Shown in pieces: positions 49,201 through 55,159 of a DNA stretch of 55,159 nt. This DNA is from Octopus bimaculoides (Eukaryota): assembly GCF_001194135.2 (NCBI RefSeq), contig NC_068995.1, positions 28,469,080 to 28,524,238 of the forward strand. The letters are read 5' to 3'. The stretch's first letter is position 1; the number at the start of each line of letters is the position of its first letter. The notes under the pieces were generated by a model. It was not told the origin of the DNA, ran no database searches, and saw only the letters and a program-made list of their open reading frames with translations. The position numbers and the translations under genes are program-made.

Positions 49201-50200
49201 AAAGTGAACTTCTCAAACACACAGCCATGAAGAAACAAATCCCTTTTAAACTTAAATTCATAGCAACTCTATTAAACAAGTTAATCATCATTTCTCATAT
49301 CCAGGAGGGATCCACAATATAAATACCTCTGTAACCACTGAAATTTCAAACTGTATTAATTTTGCAACTTTGCAATCAAGATATGCACAAACTTGATAGC
49401 TCATAAAGCAGCTATTCTCACTATCCTCTTGTAAGATATGAAACCTGAATGCTTTATCAAAAAGATAGAAGTGGTTGGAACACTTCTATCAGACAAGTTG
49501 CAAAATATCTTGCTCATTTGTTGGTGAGATATGTATGATAGCAATAATGAAATTCCTAATCGGATTAGACTCAACAACACCGAGGCTGGTGTTTCATCAC
49601 TATCTGTGATGGGTTAGCATTGTTCAAAGATTGTTGAATAGACTGTGAATGCAAACATTCAAAATCTTTAATACTGATGCTTCCTCATGGACTGTTCATC
49701 TTGTATAAAGGGAAAAATGCTATGTTGGATGTGGCTTTATTAAAAGAAACTATATAGAAGTGGTTAACAGAAAGAAATGTCAGTGGAAGGGAGCAGACTG
49801 ACAAGGTCTTTTGAACCTAGCTGAATTCCAATTCTTATGTTCCTTATTGTTGGCATTCTTTTAGTTCAAAAATAGGCTTATGTAGCCTTCTTGAAATACA
49901 GACATAAATTGAATATAATCAAATTCATGACAACAAGGGATGCTGTTAATGAAGAAAGTGTGATAAAGGCTGTAGTAAAGGGTAAGAAGTGTAATAAAAT
50001 ATGAGGAGTGTATGACTAAGTGTTTAATAGGATATTTGCAAGGTGTAAAAGAGCATGCAGTGAAGTGTGATAGGTGTAGTAAAGTGTGATAAGAGGTATA
50101 ATAAAATGTAATGGACCTAAATACCAAATGTAAAAGAGTAATTTAATAAAATACTCACTTGCTTGTTACCTTCTTTTGCAGCTTTCTTTATATCAGCTTC
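20937..50200 (-). CDS. CHMP2B: Charged multivesicular body protein 2b (ESCRT-III), 5'-partial, six coding exons in window
   Basis: join(complement) 50200-50159, 44436-44335, 32712-32662, 30275-30173, 28456-28350, 21044-20937. All introns are GT-AG with phases 0,0,0,1,0. Translation: EADIKKAAKEGNKQ/AAGILAKQLIALRKQKNKNFTVGSRVQAIGSQQK/MMHSSVKMADAMGTTTK/TMTQMNKVMDPKKTMKMMQDFQRESTKMEMSEEM/INDTLDDIFTESGDEEGEDAIVNQVLDEIGIEISGK/MGEAPLPVKSSLGQASKSKVTDDEIEQQLAALKNL*. It is collinear with recalled human CHMP2B residues 43-213; NDTLDDIF and LDEIGIEISGK favour CHMP2B over CHMP2A. Confidence 0.95.
21580..22100 (+). mobile_element. Highly degraded AP-endonuclease-type LINE remnant (possibly CR1/L2)
   Basis: Weak motif traces only: MTETCL (cf. 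ITETWL), RKGV (cf. GGGV) and MYRP (cf. IYRPP). Confidence 0.3.
22735..22880 (-). mobile_element. RTE 3'-end fragment
   Basis: catcatc tail and ctgatttggcatggtttctatggctggatgcccttcctaac shared with the family. Confidence 0.75.
24746..25800 (-). mobile_element. RTE LINE, 5'-truncated, with (GAT)n tail
   Basis: Homologous to 16760-17878; minus-strand C-terminal ORF motifs (GRDRPWKSWAEVVRQDL, WKYVVREKTR). Confidence 0.92.
25803..25895 (-). mobile_element. SINE family C 3' fragment
   Basis: tttcaaattttggcacaaggccagcaattt is the reverse complement of the 3' end at 9850-9880. Confidence 0.6.
26109..26190 (-). mobile_element. Very short RTE 3'-end fragment
   Basis: taacgtccgtttttacatgctagcatgggttggac matches the family terminus. 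Confidence 0.7.
26270..27290 (-). mobile_element. Tc1/mariner-superfamily transposase remnant, maT (DD37D)-like
   Basis: AYVWQQDSVPC, NFYDF...FWLPNS, WGAVEKDTN and N-terminal TPEFMQQLQ...MREMGIG; frameshifted. The clade call is from recalled motifs. Confidence 0.7.
27735..28132 (-). mobile_element. tRNA-derived SINE, family B, full length with (CAA)n tail and 12-bp TSD
   Basis: TSD ttatcagcaaat at 27723-27734 and 28133-28144; A-box tggcccagtgg and B-box ggtttcaattccc on the minus strand. Confidence 0.95.
28350..28456 (-). CDS. CHMP2B: CHMP2B coding exon, 107 nt (INDTLDDIF...ISGK)
   Basis: Acceptor tcttcttcag, donor gtaaat; phase 1/0; nearly identical to human INDTLDDIF...VNQVLDEIGIEISGK. 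Confidence 0.96.
29270..29600 (+). mobile_element. 3' end of a HERO-like RLE non-LTR retrotransposon
   Basis: GWQVASFPMEASCCSF...LKKAIKEIGTAVETS resembles the recalled HERO C-terminus (GW...PVEVGCRGF...KAIK...AE.AS). Confidence 0.5.
30173..30275 (-). CDS. CHMP2B: CHMP2B coding exon, 103 nt (TMTQMNK...SEEM)
   Basis: Acceptor ctccgcag, donor gtaaga; phase 0/1; matches TMQAVNKKMDPQKT...MEMTEEM. Confidence 0.95.
30421..30682 (-). mobile_element. SINE family A, internally deleted
   Basis: Reverse complement of the head and 3' half of 30779-31180; middle missing. Confidence 0.88.
30779..31180 (+). mobile_element. SINE family A, full length
   Basis: Head aggcgcaggagtggctgtgtggtaag with A-box tggctgtgtgg and B-box ggttcagtccc; internal (TA/TG)n; tail gaaacaagtaaga. 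Confidence 0.93.
32662..32712 (-). CDS. CHMP2B: CHMP2B coding exon, 51 nt (MMHSSVKMADAMGTTTK)
   Basis: Acceptor ctatcatttccag, donor gtaaac; matches VMNSQMKMAGAMSTTAK. Confidence 0.92.
32843..33365 (+). mobile_element. Mariner 5' fragment (TIR and HTH region)
   Basis: ta|ttaggttgtcggataaat terminus; AQKWFSCFKEG and LNELINKDPYQSTRELALQMGCSHDTI. Confidence 0.75.
33368..33485 (+). mobile_element. Tc1 fragment of the same family as 46249-47541
   Basis: tgtttggtg.atcaagaa.tactgtctcgaaagtaatgacagcctttgagaaagaggg is nearly identical to 46512-46570. Confidence 0.85.
33860..34710 (-). mobile_element. RTE LINE fragment (3' end in N gap)
   Basis: GRPRKTWDEMVKHDL and RIAWAKFREL on the minus strand. 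Confidence 0.85.
35370..36075 (-). mobile_element. Diverged RTE 3'-end fragment
   Basis: catcatcatc tail; gctagcatgggttgga-like and ggtttctatggctggatg motifs. Confidence 0.65.
37378..37545 (-). mobile_element. RTE 3'-end fragment, young
   Basis: Differs from 24746-24910 at only a handful of positions. Confidence 0.92.
38231..38608 (-). mobile_element. SINE family A, diverged
   Basis: cagtcatttgactgcggccatgct...aaccatgtggttgg...gcacctata. Confidence 0.8.
38938..41340 (-). mobile_element. RTE LINE, 5'-truncated within RT, ~2.4 kb, degenerate
   Basis: LLDQVMK, QFGFVPGKSTTDAIF, LAFIDLEKAFNRVP, RRLCWFGHVMHM and GRPRKAWDEVV; (GAT)n tail at 38938. Confidence 0.9.
43095..44015 (-). mobile_element. 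RTE-clade LINE of a second family, RT C-half
   Basis: NTLRHADDTALFA, GLMINYQ, SFIYLGSWITSDG and DIRCRIRLAKKTF. Confidence 0.85.
44335..44436 (-). CDS. CHMP2B: CHMP2B coding exon, 102 nt (AAGILAKQL...GSQQK)
   Basis: Acceptor ctttcag, donor gtaagt; LAKQLIALRKQK matches LAKQLVHLRKQK. Confidence 0.93.
44760..45345 (+). mobile_element. Non-autonomous Helitron/Helentron-like (HINE-type) element
   Basis: Ends gtgtcaagtttcatcaag...cacaaacttgccatttattattatagat followed by (TATG)n, as recalled for HINE/DINE-like elements; internal direct repeat gctagtgcg.aaaatgcc occurs twice. Confidence 0.45.
45640..45850 (-). mobile_element. Second HINE-like fragment
   Basis: Minus strand ccaaatttggtgaaaatccgttctgccattttccag...cacacaaacaaagac. 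Confidence 0.4.
46249..47541 (+). mobile_element. Full-length Tc1 (DD34E-type) transposon, inactivated
   Basis: TIRs caagggttggacaaaataatggaaacacct / aggtgtttacattattttgtccaacccctg with TA on both sides. VIFSDESSF, TVKHGGGS, FQDDKA, PQSPDLNIIEHLW and IITAKGGSTPY* motifs, with stops and frameshifts. Confidence 0.95.
49060..49232 (-). mobile_element. SINE family A-related 5' half, diverged
   Basis: cttccagtttctgtctaccaaatccac...cagtgggactgaac...cacacagccat. Confidence 0.7.
50159..50200 (-). CDS. CHMP2B: CHMP2B coding exon, 42 nt (EADIKKAAKEGNKQ)
   Basis: Acceptor ttttataaatag, donor gtgagt; matches human ELEIKKMAKIGNKE; phase 0/0. Confidence 0.88.
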
Positions 50201-50619
50201 CTATTTATAAAACCAAACAATTGAAGTCTTTTAAACCAGATTATCAAAAGAAAGTTTGATAAAATTTTGTCTTTGTAAGTAAGAATATCTATAAATTTAC
50301 TTTTACAAAATAATGATAAATCAATGGCTGCAATGAAAATTATGAGATTGAATAATAATTAAAAGGTCTGACATGGTTAACATTTTAAAACTTGAAGTGA
50401 ACAATATGTATTTATGGCTATATGGAGAGGGACTAAGTTACAATGAAACATCAATTGTAAAATTTGAATTTATGAGCCAATACCTTGCTTGGTTTTCCAT
50501 ATTATAATGTGTTAGAACAATCTCATAATGTCTTGTCATATACTATGGTCTTTTACAATCTGAGATACACATACAGTAACAGAAAAAAAGAACCACTCTT
50601 TGTTGTTGTATATGACATA

Positions 50620-50690
50620 TTTTGGTTTGATTTTTCACAGCTGGATGCTCTTTCTATTCCCAACCACTTTACAGCATGGCCAATGTGTTG
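50620..50690 (-). mobile_element. Short RTE 3'-UTR fragment
   Basis: ttttcacagctggatgctctttctattcccaaccactttacag. Confidence 0.55.
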
Positions 50691-50778
50691 TCATGAAAAG
50701 TAGAGGATATTGCTGTAAGATGGCGGTGCTGGTCTCATGAAAGGTGGAGGCTGTTGCAGACAATTCAATCATTATCCT

Positions 50779-51187
50779 TCACTTGTTTCAGTCATTGGAC
50801 TGCAGTCATGTTGGGGTACTGCCTTGAAGGGTTTTAGCCAAACACATTGATCCCAGAACTTATGATTTTATAAAGTCTGGTACTTATTCTGTTAGTCTTT
50901 TTTGCCTAACCATTAAGTTATAGGGACATAAACAAATCAACACCGGTTGTCAAGCAGAGTGGGAGTGACAAACACAAAAATACACTCAAACATATGTGTA
51001 TGTGTGTGTGTGTGTGTGTGTGTATACACTTCAGGATTCCACAGTTCCCATCTGTCAAATTCACTCACAAGGCATTGGTTGACCAGGGCAATAGTAGAGG
51101 ACACTTCGCTAAAGTGCCACACAGTGGGATTGAACTCAAAACCACTTGGTTGCAAAACAAGCTTCTTAATCACACAGCCATGCCTGT
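50779..51187 (-). mobile_element. SINE family A, older diverged copy
   Basis: cttgtttcagtcattggactgc...caccggttgtcaagc...aattcactcacaaggcattggttgacc...cacacagccatgcctg. Confidence 0.8.
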
Positions 51188-51549
51188 ACTTGTTTGATGT
51201 TTTATTATAAAACAAACTGGACCAGTAATTTCTTTCAGTTAAATGCATCAGTCAGACAAAAAATGACGTGAGCTGAGTTGCAAATGAGTGCTACAAAATA
51301 TATTATGGTGTATCAATCAGGTGTCATCAAGAGTAAGATTTATTTTTTTATTTTTAATCAGGAGGGAATGGCAATGTCCAAGACTCTTTACTGAACTTCA
51401 AACTGAAGTGAGAGGAAGGTATACTCAAACTAGATAGAGAACTAGTCTCAAAGCTTGCAATAGATTGGACTCTGCTAACAACAGTCAAGACCCAGTGGTA
51501 ATATTGAAGTGGGTGACACCTAAGCTTACATGTTGATTAATTTATTTAA

Positions 51550-52050
51550 ACATTTTCATCAGAATTGTAAATTTCTTTGAATGACACATACTTTTTTGTT
51601 GATATTTCCGCATATTAGCAAAGCAATAAAAAACAAAAGTATCAGAAATTTTCTTTGCCGCTTCAAATATTCTTGTGAGACCAGTAGTGACAGAATAGGC
51701 AACAATGTAAAAAAACAGAGAAATAATGATTCTGTATATTTGTTATGATCTTTTGCCTGACTTCCATCACTTGCCAGATTCTCATAAAATGAGATTCTTT
51801 CGCTTTCTCTCATTTGCTTGCAGTTTAGTTTCAAGTTAATAACAAACTTAGATTTTGTCAGAAGAGTGTCAAACTGATCGGATAGTTTCTGCAGATATTT
51901 TATGAGCATTTCAATGTTGTCTGCTTTAGTATCAATAAAGATAAGTTTTACTTGTAACATCATATTCAGCAAGAATATTAAACCAGACAGATGGCATGTG
52001 TTTCCATCTGAAATAAGACATGTATTTAAGAGTTAATGAAGATTTTGAAA
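51550..52050 (-). mobile_element. Possible hAT transposase remnant
   Basis: ORF 51559-51972 (LQVKLI...LQKLSDQFDTLL) loosely resembles the region upstream of the hAT dimerisation domain; no catalytic motif seen. Confidence 0.35.
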
Positions 52051-52779
52051 CATTCTGCAAGATCAATTTAATACCACAGACATATGATGAAAATAATTTC
52101 ATACAATCAACTCTACTTTAGCACAATTCTCTGCTAAATCTAAGTCATACAAATTCAGTTTATGGTACCCAATGAGTGAGTAAATAGCAAAAGAATCTTC
52201 ATTATGTAATATTCTTGTACTTGGCTGCTATATTGGATCTAAAGTTATATCTGCCAAAAGAATGTAATTTTTACTCAATATTTCCTTTATCAAGTTTGTA
52301 ATTTTAGAACATTTTTCTCATATAAGATAGAAATATGAGAAAAATGCTTTTGAATCTTTAACTCACAGTCTTTACTTTCTATACATAAATGTTGTCTATT
52401 TTACAAGTGCAGAATCATGTGTTGTAGCAACTATTGTTGAATAATACCTTGCTTTCAATATTTCACAAAGTATTTCAAAACAAGATTTGAACAAAGAGAA
52501 ATAAATTTGTTTTATGATTCAGTTGACAAATAATGTGCTTGCACCTTTATCCTTTTCCCTGGTTTTCTTTCACTTTCCTAGCTTGATTTCAAGAACAAGA
52601 TCCCAAAAAGGTGAAAATTCAACACATGAATATTTTACTCTCCACCTTTTCACTGCCAGTACTACCTAGCATTTCCCTTCTCAAACAACCATTTATTTAT
52701 TCTTTCATCTGACTTTAGTGTCATTACAACATTCTGTTATTTCTCTCTTTCTTTCTCCCATGTAACTTAAGATTATTAT

Positions 52780-52812
52780 TATTATTATTATTATTATTAT
52801 TGTTGTTGTTAA
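52780..52812 (+). repeat. (ATT)n/(GTT)n tail-like tract preceding a SINE
   Basis: Direct inspection. Confidence 0.85.
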
Positions 52813-53030
52813 GGTGATGATCTGGCAGAATCATTAACATGCTGGACAAAATGCTTAGCAGCATTTCATCTGACTTTATGTCCTGAGTTCAAATTCTGCA
52901 GAGGTCAGCTTTGCCTTTCATCCTTTTGGCGTCAATAAAGTAAGTACCAGTTAAACACTGGGGTTGATGTAATCGACTTACCCCTTTCCTCCAAAAATCA
53001 AGCCTTGTGCCTATAATAGAAACCACTATT
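52810..53030 (+). mobile_element. SINE family C
   Basis: ctggcagaatcattaacatgctggacaaaatgcttagc...gagttcaaattc...gcctttcatcctttt...aagtaccagtt...ggggttgatgtaatcgact. Confidence 0.8.
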
Positions 53031-53639
53031 ATTATCATTGTTGTTGTTACTGTTGACTGGAAGCACTATGTTTTAGGTTCAACTGTGACAGTAACTCTCC
53101 CCCATACCTGCTCATGCATTGTCTACCTCTCCCCCCTCCCTCCTGGTTCTAAAGACTACCCAACTATATCTCTCTCTCGCCCTTCCCTCCCCTCTCTAGC
53201 AACTATATCATCTTTATTAGTCCTGCTACTTACCCCCACCCCTACCCTTCTGCATATTTCTATCTTCTTCAGCTCATGGCTTGTTTCAACCACCCTTCAA
53301 CCCTACTCACTTTGGCAGTTTGCATCCCCACTTTCCTATATAAACTTTCAAACCACCAACCCTTCCACTTCTACTCAAATTGTGCCTTGCAGTGAGGATG
53401 GGTGGGTGTGGGGGCTTATTGCCATTATCTGTTTTGCAGCTCCTACTATTCATGTTCTCTTTCTCCAGCTCCCCCTTTTTCCCCTACTTGATGTGAGTAG
53501 CCATGCAGATCCCTCTGCAGGACTTGCTCTCCCACTCTCCCTTAATAATCCCCTCACCCCCTAGCATGAAGCTTACCCCCCTATCTCCCCCAGGGCTCAT
53601 AGCCTTGTGAACTGCAAGGCAACCTCAATAGTGGAGGTA

Positions 53640-53835
53640 ACACACAAAAAGTACCCTATCCACCCTGTAAAGTGGTTGGCATTAGGAAGGGCATCCAGCT
53701 ATAAAACCCATCCAAAGCAAACACTGGAGCTCGATGCAGTCCTTGGATACAGTGGATCCTGTCAAACTGTCTAACCCATGACAGCATGGGACATAGATAT
53801 TAAATGATGATGATGATGATGATGATCATCATCAT
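53640..53835 (+). mobile_element. RTE 3'-end fragment with (GAT)n tail
   Basis: gtggttggcattaggaagggcatccagct...cagcatggg...taaatgatgatgatgat. Confidence 0.8.
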
Positions 53836-54529
53836 CATGATCTTTATCATAGCAGAATGATATTATTAATCATATGGTATGTCCACTGCCATCAATACCA
53901 AGACTATCATGACTACCAATAGCAACTTCTGCCACCACCAGTAACCACTACCACCAACATCATTATGGTGCCTCAAAAAATAAAAATGGTCATCACTACC
54001 ACCACTTTAATCATCTACTTCTATATTCTCTGGCTTTCTATTTTTCTCTGAATTTCTCTCCCTAGCTTTCTCATTTACCATTGTCAACAATGTCAGTGCT
54101 TCTGCTGCAACCACTGTCATGAGTGCTGTTTCTTTATTTCTGCTTCACAGTTTTAAAATCAAACACCAGCTAACTTTCCAAAATTACTGATATTGTAGAA
54201 ACAATATAAAATGAAACAGAAAAGGTAAGTATTATCAGAAATTTAAGTCACTTTTTGAATGCTGAAGTTTAGTTTTCGTTGTCTCACAGATGACAATTAC
54301 TTGCACTGAAGGATGCATGAAATCAAAGATCTTAAAACTATAAATTTTAATCCAGTCATCATAATGATACTTGAGTGTTTTTCTATCTCAACCACCTTCT
54401 TTGCCATTATCACTACCATCAACAACTACCAAGCAACCTCAGTAGCCAAACTTAGACAATACTAACTCTACAACAAACATCCCCACAAACACTATCCCAA
54501 CTATGACTACCAGCAACAAATGTCTTTAA

Positions 54530-54749
54530 CCCTTTAGCATTCAGATTATTCTGTCAAATGTAATCCTTGTTTATTCAAATTGTTTTGAATTAATCATGCA
54601 TCATCTTGTACCTTTGAGATTTTGATGACATGATTGTTTATTTTTAGAAAGACATTGTAAGGAAGGTGTAAGAGGCCAAATCTGGCTGGTTTGGACATAA
54701 AAGAAATTGAGTGTTTTGGCCAGATATGGCCAGTTTAAATGCTAAAGGG
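54530..54749. mobile_element. 220-bp piggyBac-type MITE
   Basis: TTAA at 54526-54529 and 54750-54753; TIRs ccctttagcatt / aatgctaaaggg. Confidence 0.9.
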
Positions 54750-55094
54750 TTAATCACCGTTACCACTGCCATTATCATCCCTTATCTTTTCTAACTTATA
54801 CTTTTTTATCTTTGACTTTCTCTCTCTCATTTTCCCTCTTGCTCTTCTTTCCCAAACTATCATTATCAATGTCATTGCCACTGCCACTAAAACTATCATG
54901 ACCACCAGCTGTCTCTTTATAATTACTTAAGAATAGCAAGATGGAGACAAGTACCAACATCCCATAAGACAGGCTTGAGAATTGGTGAGACATTTCTCTG
55001 AGCATATAACCAATCGTAACCTTGTAAACCCACAAATAAAGAATATTTATTCACCAATGCAGTGTTGAAGACTCATTCTCACTGTTTGATATTA

Positions 55095-55159
<65 letters not shown>
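55095..55159 (+). repeat. Compound (GT)n(TA)n(GA)n microsatellite
   Basis: Direct inspection. Confidence 0.95.

Noticed and set aside
53007-53564. 185-aa hydrophobic ORF
   Set aside because: It starts in a SINE tail and runs through CT-rich low-complexity sequence, with no recognisable domain or splice context.
54796-55035. 79-aa minus-strand ORF as the missing CHMP2B 5' exon
   Set aside because: It has no similarity to the CHMP2B N-terminus, and its Lys/Glu-rich end comes from a CT-rich tract.

Overview
This is AT-rich, repeat-dense eukaryotic genomic DNA from a gapped draft assembly (N gaps at 2877-3307, 17092-17306, 18630-18955, 33550-33859, 34846-34855, 47031-47040). The repeat complement (RTE LINEs with (GAT)n tails, abundant tRNA-derived SINEs, (CA)n/(TA)n tracts) suggests a coleoid cephalopod, probably Octopus; this is inference from recalled repeat families. 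The only supported host gene is CHMP2B (ESCRT-III) on the minus strand. I assembled six GT-AG-bounded coding exons by hand (50200-50159, 44436-44335, 32712-32662, 30275-30173, 28456-28350, 21044-20937). They give 170 aa in one continuous frame ending in a MIM1-like helix and TGA. The N-terminal ~42 aa were not found and probably lie beyond the right edge. Everything else I can identify is transposon-derived: Penelope-like elements (PLEs), RTE, R4/Dong-like and HERO-like LINEs, mariner, maT-like, Tc1 and hAT remnants, MITEs, three SINE families (labelled A, B, C here) and microsatellites. Most ORFs in the supplied track are microsatellite, gap or antisense-TE artefacts. I found no CRISPR array, rRNA or intact tRNA gene, and I cannot demonstrate a new biological system. 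The best leads are: (1) a PLE fragment enclosed by long inverted arms with a hammerhead-like fold at the distal end; (2) an orphan 37-bp hairpin; (3) the equivalent of human CHMP2B exon 3 split into three exons summing to the same 195 nt; (4) fold-back repeats in and near the CHMP2B transcript that could be A-to-I editing substrates. Most TE boundaries are approximate.
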